Shown here: piece by piece, positions 1-13,100 of the stretch | How the letters are laid out: each line of letters begins with the position of its first letter | Position numbering within the stretch: the first letter of the stretch is position 1 | Made by a program: the position numbers and the translations under genes | NCBI GenBank assembly: GCA_032718475.1 | Contig: JAUCBJ010003271.1 | Coordinates: forward strand, 1-43,296 | DNA length: 43,296 nucleotides | Direction: 5' to 3' | Origin: Nemertoderma westbladi | Taxonomy: Eukaryota; Animalia; Xenacoelomorpha | Notes under the pieces: generated by a model | The model's input: the letters and a program-made list of their open reading frames with translations, nothing else | The model's database searches: none | What the model was told of the DNA's origin: nothing

Positions 1-1111
1 TAATAGAGAACATGGACTCGTATTCATTTATTTAGTTAATTCAATGCAAAATATTATATTAATATAAATTATTAATCTCAAATTAAATTAAAAAAAAAAA
101 AAAAAAAAAAATTGTGAAAAAAGTTTTTGAAAAATTGTTTTATTGATTTAAACGCGTTTTAGAACGATTCCATGCGTTTTAAAGAGAATCCAGATTTTTT
201 CTTAAAAATGTTCTAGAACATATCATTTTTTTTTATTAATAGTAAACATGTTCTCGAACATTTTCTATACAAATAGTAACAAGAACTAGCTACTACAAAA
301 TATTTATAGAGGGAAGTAGGATGTCGGAACCAGTGTTGAAATTACTAGCTAAACCTACCTAAAACACTAGCTACCATAAAATGTTGTATCTTACTTAACG
401 AGGATGCTTCAATTACGTCCATTGACCAAATTGCAGCCAATGAAAACTTATAGAACTCTCCCCATATCAAAATATCTAAATATGTCAGTCTGAAAGTCGG
501 CCTTCAGTTATTTGCAGTGCTGACATTTGCTAGGCCTTTAGTATAGAACGCCATGCCCGGTAGGTATGGTGGGTCGTGTGGGTGGCCCATCCTGAATCAG
601 TTTTTCCGGCTGTCAGTCAAGTTTAGCTAAACTAAAGTCTAAACTAATTGAGACGAGATTACATTGAACAATTATCAAGCTCTCTTGTCTGTGATTGGGT
701 CTCCTACTCTAATGAAACAGGCTTGTTATCACGTCAGCAGGTTGAACTTATGGCATCCATATTGTGGTTGGTTGTATTCCAGGGGCCCGCATATACCGTG
801 CATAGGCAGATCCACACCATACATAAATTCTCATAAATTATAATTATTAACGTCTGTGATTGCAGTACATCAGTGTAGATGTCATGTCTAAATAAGTTTA
901 TGAAAAATATAAAAAATAAATATGAAAAATAGGTTTTTGTGTAGCCCACAATACTGCTCCATTGAATTATATTATGCAGTTACATTGCGCCCGAAATACT
1001 AAAGGCATTGTTGAATTTTGTAATAAAATGGGTTTATTATTTTACCAGATAGACTTAAAGAATTAATGAAAAATACTTTATACTCTGAAACTATAAAGCG
1101 AATAAACTAAC

Positions 1112-1261
1112 CGCATCATTACAGGCAACAAAATCGTTCTGGCGTAATCCATAGCAAATCATCATTGCGTTGTCCCTGACATTGGGCTTCACGGTGGATT
1201 TGAGACAGGGGTTGGTCTCCTCAGCAATGTTAGGGCACAGCAGGTTGGAGCCGATTTGGAC
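1112..1261 (-). CDS. VWD-domain protein, coding exon 10 (linker and start of C8 domain); the gene presumably continues left of the window
   Basis: TTTAG acceptor, GTTAG donor, 150 nt, phase 0-0. Encodes VQIGSNLLCPNIAEETNPCLKSTVKPNVRDNAMMICYGLRQNDFVACNDA, with C8-type AxxxCxxL...FxxC spacing. Confidence 0.88.
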
Positions 1262-1886
1262 CTAAATCAAACCAGATAGATCCGTGATGTAAATAAATAT
1301 ATAATATGAACTCATTTTGGAATTCACGCTATCGGTACAATATTTGCGGATCATTCCGATTCATTTCTTTATCATGAATTTTTTCTTTTGAATTTCTTTT
1401 GCATGAATTTCCATAATTATTTTGAACTACATTAATGACTAAACCCTCACCTGATTGTATTCATTACAATTTTGTCGAAATGGTAAAATCCCCGGTCAAT
1501 TTTATTGACTGTAAATGATTACATTTAACGCGAGCAATGCAAGTTTTCTGAATCTTATCATATATTCATTAATATTTATTAATATATAGTTTATCATTTG
1601 GTGGGTTATGTCAAAGCATACACCAATTAAAATTCATGCTTGAATATATAAATTATTTTAATGGTTATCGAAATTTTCTCTTTATAAATTATTGTGTTTC
1701 TGCGAAATCTTTCCATGCTATTATTGTGGTTCAAATCTTAGCTCATTTTCGATATTTTATACAATTTCAAAAATATATTATTTTCTATTAAACGACTTGT
1801 ACTGCAATCTTATAAAGAGCTGGCACCACACCATACAGACGTTCCATAATTAGTGTACTGTTACCATGACACTAGACCATACAGAC

Positions 1887-1984
1887 CTTCCATGAGTTTG
1901 CAAACTCGCTCGTGTATGTTGCCTGTGTCCCATCCCTCTTCTTTAGGTCGTCCAAAATCTCATTGGAATAAGTTCCACAAAGAC
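1887..1984 (-). CDS. VWD-domain protein, coding exon 9 (GLCG...FANSWK, end of VWD)
   Basis: TTGTAG acceptor, GTCTGT donor, 98 nt, phase 1-0. Encodes GLCGTYSNEILDDLKKRDGTQATYTSEFANSWK. Confidence 0.9.
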
Positions 1985-2099
1985 CTACAATGGAAAAAAA
2001 TTAATGGGGTTCTAAAATAATTCGGTATAAATGGGTATATATTTTGAAGATTAGTTTTAATCAACTTATTGTCCTATTGCTTTGGTTGCATCAAATATG

Positions 2100-2376
2100 T
2101 TCTCACGGTTTTCGTCGTGAATCCAGTCGCCAACCAATGAATAAATTAATGCTTTCTCTTTGTGCTGCCTCATGGAGTGATTAAGTATGATGGAAAGCCA
2201 TTGACGTTCTTGAGACGCCTTTTAAAGGACACTGGCCTTGAAGATGCGGATGATCTAGCAAATGTCATGGGTGATAGGGAGTTGTGGCGGCGAAATTTTG
2301 TCGCCAAGCCGGCACATCATTCTTAATATATATGTAATATATATATTGCAGCATGCCTTAAGAGTAGTAGTGGTAG
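2100..2376 (+). mobile_element. 5'-truncated RTE-clade non-LTR retrotransposon fragment (3' end of ORF, short 3' UTR, AGT/TAG tail)
   Basis: Translates PHGVIKYDGKPLTFLRRLLKDTGLEDADDLANVMGDRELWRRNFVAKPAHHS* (stop 2324-2326), resembling the RTE C-terminal LxxDTGL...MxDRxxWR motif. Ends AGTAGTAGTGGTAG. Confidence 0.75.
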
Positions 2377-2646
2377 ACTGCTGAAACATATTGTATCTGA
2401 CTCTGACATGAAAACATATCATCAAGGCAGGCCAATTTGTTTATAATTATTTTTTAGCTAGATCATGCATATTTCTATGTATTCATAATGCAGTGCGATT
2501 AAACGATCTTCTGTCACCTGTCATGATCTTCTTCATTTTTGCAGACATATAAAGATTATAAATCATAAGTATAATAAAATAATATAAATTGCTTTGAACT
2601 TTTAGCCCTTATGGTGTGATATATAATATAGTAAACACTGCCTTAC

Positions 2647-2777
2647 CTTCCGTCTTCATTAAGTGACCCTTTTCGGCAGTGACATAAATCGACCCGGCCT
2701 GATTCCACTTCACTTTGAGGCCGAAACTTTCCGCATCCAGGTAAACAAAGTCCCCAACAATCTCGACAGTAATGGAA
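2647..2777 (-). CDS. VWD-domain protein, coding exon 8
   Basis: AATAG acceptor, GTAAG donor, 131 nt, phase 2-1. Encodes SITVEIVGDFVYLDAESFGLKVKWNQAGSIYVTAEKGHLMKTE, with the VWD GLxVxW motif. Confidence 0.92.
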
Positions 2778-3320
2778 CTATTGAAAAGGTGAAAAAATGG
2801 TGAATACATTCATAATGGCAGAGTAACTACTATATGCTAAGTTAACTGTTTATCAAATGTTGGAGTATACCCCTCCCACCCAATTTTTCTACATATGATA
2901 GATATCGCATGAAATTGGAAATAGAGATAGTTTCACCTGCATCTTCCTTTCTGGTTGGGCGAAATTTTAATTTTCGCTTTCATTCCTTAGATACTAGCGT
3001 TTTAAAAGGTGTTGTCGTCGGTTGGCACCAGTTAAAGCGAAGTAGTATCTAAATTTCGTTGAAAAATAGCTGAGATACGGGCGTTCGAAATTTACATGGT
3101 TATTTGTATCTGCGATAAGCTATTTTATTCAGTTTAATAAATACACCATATTCAGGATCATTTTGGTTTTCTCATAAGTGGGGGCGTGTCACTAAATTAT
3201 GGCATTGTATTCCATGCATGGTGAATAGCAATGGTCAAAATAAACATAATAACCGCCCTGAATAAACATGATATAAAATCAATTAGAAATGCTAAAAGGA
3301 AAGCAAATTAAGATACTAAC

Positions 3321-3472
3321 TTTACAATCAAAGAATTAGTCAAATCTCTTTTAACTCCATTTATATAAACGTCAGTTCCTACGGCAGTTATTGCTTGGTC
3401 GTTGGCGAAGGAAATTGACAGAGTCTTCACACAATTATCGTAATCCAGGCATCCAGACATATCGACAACAAC
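3321..3472 (-). CDS. VWD-domain protein, coding exon 7
   Basis: AAAG acceptor, GTTAGT donor, 152 nt, phase 0-2. Encodes VVVDMSGCLDYDNCVKTLSISFANDQAITAVGTDVYINGVKRDLTNSLIV, with the VWD C-x5-C and VxxNG motifs. Confidence 0.9.
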
Positions 3473-3569
3473 CTTTATGTATTAAAACAATGTATAAGTA
3501 TAAGTAAGTACTGTATCTTTAGTGATAAGGAAACTATTATGGAGGGTGTCTGCCCTGTAGTTTCCACTT

Positions 3570-3730
3570 TCTCAACTAGTGGTTAATTCTTGCCTTAACG
3601 CCCCTGGAGAGTCTGAAGTGGCTAGCCCACCAAGTCTTTCATTCTTTCACTGGTCGATAAATGGAAGCAGATTGGAAGGAGTTTTACTGCGGAAGATCAC
3701 CATTATTGGTGGTAAACAGGCGGCATTCAT
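3570..3730 (+). mobile_element. Degenerate SINE remnant (similar core)
   Basis: AGTCTTTCATTCTTTCACTGGTCGATAAATGG resembles the core of the SINE at 37141-37326. The head is decayed. Confidence 0.35.
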
Positions 3731-3973
3731 TGGCTAATTGAGACTAAGAAAAATATTCTTCCATTCCAAGTTCGGAAGTTCTATCTTTACCGGAAAAAAG
3801 TAAATCAAATGTATTTATATGGGACACTCTCTTTCTCCCACCTGGATTTACGCTGTTATCTTGTCTTTTTGTCTTGTATTGTGATACACAAGGGCAGGAT
3901 GGAAATTAAATTTTAAGTTTAAAATTTATGTTCAATCATAATAACACTGAAAACGGATAAAATAAGAACTTAC

Positions 3974-4122
3974 AGACCAAAGACCATCTGTTGATTCGGC
4001 AAGTGTGTAGAGGCATTTACCAGGGTAGTTGTATTTAACGCCATCAAACGTTCTGTAATGGTATCGGCCATGCGCAACACAAGTCGCGAAAATTCTGTCC
4101 TGTGGTGGTGCCATGGGTACAA
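3974..4122 (-). CDS. VWD-domain protein, coding exon 6 (start of VWD domain)
   Basis: TTTCAG acceptor, GTAAG donor, 149 nt, phase 1-0. VPMAPPQDRIFATCVAHGRYHYRTFDGVKYNYPGKCLYTLAESTDGLWS carries the VWD N-terminal CxxxGxxHYxTFDG...C motif. Confidence 0.92.
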
Positions 4123-7100
4123 CTGAAATGTAATAGGTTTAATGGCAAAAACTGCGGGAGATATACTGTGAATGGAGTACATACTGTGAATGGAGTACAA
4201 ACTGTGAATGGAGTACATAACTGTGAATGGAGTACATAACTGTGAATGGAGTATAAACTGTTAATGGAGTACATAAGTGTGAATGGAGTACATACTGTGA
4301 ATGGAGTACAAACTGTGAATGGAGTACATACTGTGAATGGAGTACAAACTGTGAATGGAGTACATACTGTGAATGGAGTACAAACTGTTAATGGAGTACA
4401 TAAGTGTGAATGGAGTACATACTGTGAATGAAGTACAGACTGTGAATGGAGTACAAACTGTGAATGGAGTACAAACTGTGAATGGAGTACAAACTGTGAA
4501 TGGAGTACATAACTGTGAATGGAGTACAAACTGTGAATGGAGTACATACTGTGAATGGAGTACAAACTGTGAATGGAGTACATACTGTGAATGGAGTACA
4601 TACTGTGAATGGAGTACATAACTGTGAATGGAGTACATAACTGTGAATGGAGTACATACTGTGAATGGAGTACATACTGTGAATGGAGTACATAACTGTG
4701 AATGGAGTACATACTGTGAATGGAGTACATACTGTGAATGGAGTACATAACTGTGAATGGAGTACATACTGTGAATGGAGTACAAACTGTTAATGGAGTA
4801 CATAAGTGTGAATGGAGTACATACTGTGAATGAAGTACAGACTGTGAATGGAGTACAAACTGTGAATGGAGTACAAACTGTGAATGGAGTACATAACTGT
4901 GAATGGAGTACAAACTGTGAATGGAGTACATAACTGTGAATGGAGTACAAACTGTGAATGGAGTACAAACTGTGAATGGAGTACAAACTGTGAATGGAGT
5001 ACATAACTGTGAATGGAGTACAAACTGTGAATGGAGTACATACTGTGAATGGAGTACAAACTGTGAATGGAGTACATACTGTGAATGGAGTACATACTGT
5101 GAATGGAGTACATAACTGTGAATGGAGTACATACTGTTAATGGAGTACATAAGTGTGAATGGAGTACATACTGTGAATGGAGTACATAAGTGTGAATGGA
5201 GTACATACTGTGAATGGAGTACAAACTGTTAATGGAGTACATAAGTGTGAATGGAGTACATACTGTGAATGGAGTACAAACTGTGAATGGAGTACATACT
5301 GTGAATGGAGTACAAACTGTGAATGGAGTACATACTGTGAATGGAGTACATACTGTGAATGGAGTACATAACTGTGAATGGAGTACATACTGTTAATGGA
5401 GTACATAAGTGTGAATGGAGTACATACTGTGAATGGAGTACATAAGTGTGAATGGAGTACATACTGTGAATGGAGTACAAACTGTTAATGGAGTACATAA
5501 GTGTGAATGGAGTACATACTGTGAATGAAGTACAGACTGTGAATGGAGTACAAACTGTGAATGGAGTACAAACTGTGAATTGAGTACATACTGTGAATGG
5601 AGTACATAACTGTTAATGGAGTACATAAGTGTGAATGGAGTACATACTGTGAATGGAGTACATAAGTGTGAATGGAGTACATACTGTGAATGGAGTACAA
5701 ACTGTTAATGGAGTACATAAGTGTGAATGGAGTACATACTGTGAATGAAGTACAGACTGTGAATGGAGTACAAACTGTGAATGGAGTACAAACTGTGAAT
5801 TGAGTACATACTGTGAATGGAGTACATAACTGTGAATGGAGTACATACTGTGAATGGAGTACATAACTGTGAATGGAGTACAAACTGTGAATGGAGTACA
5901 AACTGTGAGTGGAGTACAAACTGTGAGTGGAGTACAAACTGTGAATGGAGTACAAACTATGAATGGAGTACAAACTGTGAATGGAGTACAAACTGTGAAT
6001 GGAGTACATAACTGTGAATGGAGTACATAACTGTGAATGGATTACAAACTGTGAATGGAGTACATAACTGTGAATGGAGTACAAACTGTGAATGGAGTAC
6101 AAACTGTGAGTGGAGTACAAACTGTGAGTGGAGTACAAACTGTGAATGGAGTACAAACTATGAATGGAGTACAAACTGTGAATGGAGTACAAACTGTGAA
6201 TGGAGTACATAACTGTGAATGGAGTACATAACTGTGAATGGATTACAAACTGTGAATGGAGTACATAACTGTGAATGGAGTACATACTGAGAATGGAGTA
6301 CAAACTGTTAATGGAGTACATACTGTGAATGGAGTACATACTGTGAATGGAGTACAAACTGTGAATGGAGTACATACTGTGAATGGAGTACAAACTGTGA
6401 ATGGAGTACATACTGTGAATGGAGTACATACTGTGAATGGAGTACATAACTGTGAATGGAGTACATACTGTGAATGGAGTACATACTGTGAATGGAGTAC
6501 ATACTGTGAATGGAGTACATAACTGTGAATGGAGTACATACTGTGAATGGAGTACATAAGTGTGAATGGAGTACATACTGTGAATGGAGTACAAACTGTT
6601 AATGGAGTACATAAGTGTGAATGGAGTACATACTGTGAATGAAGTACAGACTGTGAATGGAGTACAAACTGTGAATGGAGTACAAACTGTGAATTGAGTA
6701 CATACTGTGAATGGAGTACATAACTGTGAATGGAGTACATACTGTGAATGGAGTACAAACTGTTAATGGAGTACATAAGTGTGAATGGAGTACATACTGT
6801 GAATGAAGTACAGACTGTGAATGGAGTACAAACTGTGAATGGAGTACAAACTGTGAATTGAGTACATACTGTGAATGGAGTACAAACTGTGAATGGAGTA
6901 CATACTGTGAATGGAGTACATACTGTGAATGGAGTACATAACTGTGAATGGAGTACATACTGTGAATGGAGTACAAACTGTTAATGGAGTACAAACTGTG
7001 AATGGAGTACATAACTGTGAATGGAGTACATAACTGTGAATGGAGTACTTAACTGTGAATGGAGTACATACTGTGAATGGAGTACAAACTGTTAATGGAG

Positions 7101-10100
7101 TACATACTGTGAATGGAGTACATACTGTGAATGGAGTACAAACTGTGAATGGAGTACATACTGTGAATGGAGTACAAACTGTGAATGGAGTACATACTGT
7201 GAATGGAGTACATACTGTGAATGGAGTACATAACTGTGAATGGAGTACATACTGTGAATGGAGTACATACTGTGAATGGAGTACATACTGTGAATGGAGT
7301 ACATACTGTGAATGGAGTACATACTGTGAATGGAGTACATAACTGTGAATTGAGTACATACTGTGAATGGAGTACATAACTGTGAATGGAGTACATACTG
7401 TTAATGGAGTACATAAGTGTGAATGGAGTACATACTGTGAATGAAGTACAGACTGTGAATGGAGTACAAACTGTGAATGGAGTACAAACTGTGAATTGAG
7501 TACATACTGTGAATGGAGTACAAACTGTGAATGGAGTACATACTGTGAATGGAGTACATACTGTGAATGGAGTACATAACTGTGAATGGAGTACATACTG
7601 TGAATGGAGTACATACTGTTAATGGAGTACATAAGTGTGAATGGAGTACATACTGTGAATGAAGTACAGACTGTGAATGGAGTACAAACTGTGAATGGAG
7701 TACAAACTGTGAATTGAGTACATACTGTGAATGGAGTACATAACTGTGAATGGAGTACATACTGTGAATGGAGTACAAACTGTGAATGGAGTACATAACT
7801 GTGAATGGAGTACATACTGTGAATGGAGTACAAACTGTGAATGGAGTACATACTGTGAATGGAGTACATACTGTGAATGGAGTACAAACTGTGAATGGAG
7901 TACATACTGTGAATGGAGTACAAACTGTGAATGGAGTACATACTGTGAATGGAGTACATACTGTGAATGGAGTACATAACTGTGAATGGAGTACATGCTG
8001 TGAATGGAGTACAAACTGTGAATGGAGTACATACTGTGAATGGAGTACAAACTGTGAATGGAGTACATACTGTGAATGGAGTACATACTGTGAATGGAGT
8101 ACATAACTGTGAATGGAGTACATACTGTGAATGGAGTACAAACTGTTAATGGAGTACATAAGTGTGAATGGAGTACATACTGTGAATGAAGTACAGACTG
8201 TGAATGGAGTACAAACTGTGAATGGAGTACAAACTGTGAATTGAGTACATACTGTGAATGGAGTACATAACTGTGAATGGAGTACATACTGTGAATGGAG
8301 TACAAACTGTTAATGGAGTACATAAGTGTGAATGGAGTACATACTGTGAATGAAGTACAGACTGTGAATGGAGTACAAACTGTGAATGGAGTACAAACTG
8401 TGAATTGAGTACATACTGTGAATGGAGTACATAACTGTGAATGGAGTACATACTGTGAATGGAGTACAAACTGTTAATGGAGTACATAAGTGTGAATGGA
8501 GTACATACTGTGAATGAAGTACAGACTGTGAATGGAGTACAAACTGTGAATGCAGTACAAACTGTGAATTGAGTACACACTGTGAATGGAGTACATACTG
8601 TGAATGGAGTACATAACTGTGAATGGAGTACATACTGTGAATGGAGTACATACTGTGAATGGAGTACATAACTGTGAATGGAGTACATACTGTGAATGGA
8701 GTACAAACTGTTAATGGAGTACATAAGTGTGAATGGAGTACATACTGTGAATGAAGTACAGACTGTGAATGGAGTACAAACTGTGAATGGAGTACAAACT
8801 GTGAATTGAGTACACACTGTGAATGGAGTACATACTGTGAATGGAGTACATACTGTGAATGGCGTACAAACTGTGAATTGAGTACACACTGTGAATGGAG
8901 TACATACTGTGAATGGAGTACATACTGTGAATGGAGTACATAAGTGTGAATGGAGTACAAACTGTGAATGGAGTACATACTGTGAATGGAGTACATACTG
9001 TGAATGGAGTACATACTGTGAATGGAGTACATAAGTGTGAATGTAATACATACTGTGAATGGAGTACAAACTGTGAATGGAGTACATACTGTGAATTGAG
9101 TACAATCTGTGAATGGAGTATAAACTGTGAATGGAGTACATACTGTGAATGGAGTACATACTGTGAATGGAGTACAAACTGTGAATGGAGTACATACTGT
9201 GAATGGAATACATACTGTGAATGGAGTACATACTGTGAATGGAGTACATACTGTGAATGGAGTACAAACTTTGACTGGAATACAAACAGTGAATGGAGTA
9301 CAGACTGTGAAAGGAATACAAACTGTGAATGGAGTACATACTGTGAATGGAGTAGATACTGTGAATGGAATACAAACTGTGAATGGAATACATACTGTGA
9401 AAGGAATACAAACTGTGAATGGAGTACATACTGTGAATGGAGTACATACTGTGAATGGAATACAAACTGTGAATGGAATACATACTGTGAAAGGAATACA
9501 AACTGTGAATGGAGTACATACTGTGAATGGAGTATAAACTGTGAATGGATTACATACTGTGAATGGAGTACATACTGTGAATGGAGTACAAACTTTGAAT
9601 GGAATACAAACAGTGAATGGAGTACATACTGTGAATGGAGTACATAAGTGTGAATGGATTACAAACTGTGAATGGAGTACATAAGTGTGAATGGAGTACA
9701 TACTGTGAATGGAATACATACTGTGAATAGAGTAAATACTGTGAATGGAGTACATACTGTGAATGGAGTACAAACTTTGAATGGAATACAAACAGTGAAT
9801 GGAGTACAGACTGTGAAAGGAATACAAACTGTGAATGGAGTACATACTGTGAATGGAGTACATACTGTGAATGGAATACAAACTGTGAATGGAATACATA
9901 CTGTGAAAGGAATACAAACTGTGAATGGAGTACATACTGTGAATGGAGTATAAACTGTGAATGGATTACATACTGTGAATGGAGTACATACTGTGAATGG
10001 AGTACAAACTTTGAATGGAATACAAACAGTGAATGGAGTACATACTGTGAATGGAGTACATAAGTGTGAATGGATTACAAACTGTGAATGGAGTACATAA

Positions 10101-13100
10101 GTGTGAATGGAGTACAAACTGTGAATGGAGTATATACTGTGAATGGAATACAAACTGTGAATGGAGTACAAACTGTGAATTGAGTACATACTGTGAATGG
10201 AGTACAAACTGTGAATTGAGTACAATCTGTGAATGGAGTATAAACTGTGAATGGAGTACATACTGTGAATGGAGTACATACTGTGAATGGAGTAAAGACT
10301 GTGAATGGAGTATATACTGTGAATGGATTACAAACTGTGAATGGAGTACATAAGTGTGAATGGAGTACATACTGTGAATGGAGTACAGACTGTGAATGGA
10401 GTATATACTGTGAATGGAGTACAAACTGTGAATTGAGTACATACTGTGCATGGAGTACATACTGTGAATGGAATACATACTGTGAATGGAGTACATACTG
10501 TGAATGGAGTACATACTGTGAATGGAGTACAAACTTTGAATGGAATACAAACAGTGAATGGAGTACAGACTGTGAAAGGAGTACATAAGTGTGAATGGAT
10601 TACAAACTGTGAATGGAGTACATAAGTGTGAATGGAGTACATACTGTGAATGGAGTACAGACTGTGAATGGAGTATATACTGTGAATGGAGTACAAACTG
10701 TGAATTGAGTACAATCTGTGAATGGAGTATAAACTGTGAATGGAGTACATACTGTGAATGGAGTACATACTGTGAATGGAGTACAATCTGTGAATGGAGT
10801 ATATACTGTGAATGGAGTACAAACTGTGAATTGAGTACATACTGTGAATGGAGTACATACTGTGAATGGAATACATACTGTGAATGGAGTACATACTGTG
10901 AATGGAGTACATACTGTGAATGGAGTACAGACTGTGAATGGAGTATATACTGTGAATGGAGTACAAACTGTGAATTGAGTACATACTGTGAATGGAATAC
11001 ATACTGTGAATGGAGTACATACTGTGAATGGAGTACATAAGTGTGAATGGAGTACATACTGTGAATGGAGTACAGACTGTGAATGGAGTATATACTGTGA
11101 ATGGAGTACAAACTGTGAATTGAGTACATACTGTGAATGGAGTACATACTGTGAATGGAATACATACTGTGAATGGAGTACATACTGTGAATGGAGTACA
11201 TACTGTGAATGGAGTACAAACTGTGAATTGAGTACAATCTGTGAATGGAGTATAAACTGTGAATGGAGTACATACTGTGAATGGAGTACATACTGTGAAT
11301 GGAGTAAAGACTGTGAATGGAGTATATACTGTGAATGGAGTACATACTGTGAATGGAATACATACTGTGAATGGAGTACATACTGTGAATGGAGTACATA
11401 CTGTGAATGGAGTACAAACTGTGAATTGAGTACAATCTGTGAATGGAGTATAAACTGTGAATGGAGTACAAACTGTGAATGGAGTACATACTGTGAATGG
11501 AGTACATAACTGCAAATGGAGTACATACTGGGAATGGATTACAAACTGTGAATGGAGTACATAAGTGTGAATGGAGTACATACTGTGAATGGAGTACAGA
11601 CTGTGAATGGAGTATATACTGTGAATGGAGTACAAACTGTGAATTGAGTACATACTGTGAATGGAGTACATACTGTGAATGGAATACATACTGTGAATGG
11701 AGTACATACTGTGAATGGAATACAAACTGTGAATGGAATACATACTGTGAAAGGAGTACACACTGTGAATGGAGTACATACTGTGAATGGAGTACATACT
11801 GTGAATGGAGTACATAAGTGTGAATGGAGTACATACTGTGAATGGAATACATACTGTGAATGGAGTACATACTGTGAATGGAGTACATACTGTGAATGGA
11901 GTACATACTGTGAATGGAGTACATAAGTGTGAATGGAGTACATACTGTGAATGGAATACATACTGTGAATGGAGTACATACTGTGAATGGAGTACATACT
12001 GTGAATGGAGTACATACTGTGAATGGAGTACATAAGTGTGAATGGAGTACATACTGTGAATGGAATACATACTGTGAATGGAGTACAGACTGTGAATGGA
12101 GTACAGACTGTGAATGGAGTACATACTGTGAATGGAATACAAACTGTGAATGGAATACATACTGTGAAAGGAATACAAACTGTGAATGGAATACAAACTG
12201 TGAATGGAGTACAGACTGTGAATGGAGTACATACTGTGAATGAAGTACAGACTGTGAATGGAGTATAAACTGTGAATGGAGTACATACTGTGAATGGAGT
12301 ACATACTGTGAATGGAGTACAAACTTTGAATGGAATACAAACAGTGAATGGAGTACATACTGTGAATGGAGTACATAAGTGTGAATGGATTACAAACTGT
12401 GAATGGATTACAAACTGTGAATGGAGTACATAAGTGTGAATGGAGTACATACTGTGAATGGAATACATACTGTGAATAGAGTACATACTGTGAATGGAGT
12501 ACATACTGTGAATGGAGTACAAACTTTGAATGGAATACAAACAGTGAATGGAGTACAGACTGTGAAAGGAGTACATACTGTGAATGGAGTACAAACTGTG
12601 AATGGAGTACATACTGTGAATGGAGTACATACTGTGAATGGAATACAAACTGTGAATGGAATACATACTGTGAATGGAGTACAAACTGTGAATGGAGTAC
12701 AAACTGTGAATGGAGTACATACTGTGAATGGAGTACATACTGTGAATGGAATACAAACTGTGAATGGAATACAAACTGTGAATGGAATACATACTGTGAA
12801 TGGAGTACAAACTGTGAATGGAGTACAAACTGTGAATGGAGTACATACTGTGAATGGAGTACATAACTGTGAATGGAGTACACACTGTGAATGGAGTACA
12901 AACTGTGAATTGAGTACATACTGTGAATGGAGTACATAACTGTGAATGGAGTACACACTGTGAATGGAGTACATACTGGGAATTGAGTACATACTGTGAA
13001 TGGAGTACATAACTGTGAATGGAGTACACACTGTGAATGGAGTACAAACTGTTAATGGAGTACATACTGTGAATGGAGTACATACTGGGAATGGAATACA

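Noticed and set aside
648-949. Short ORFs and possible next C8 exon or SINE remnant
   Set aside because: No motif similarity and no in-phase exon continuing the C8 domain could be found.
2865-3190. Possible MITE in the intron
   Set aside because: Only weak terminal complementarity and no clear TSD, so it cannot be supported without a genome search.
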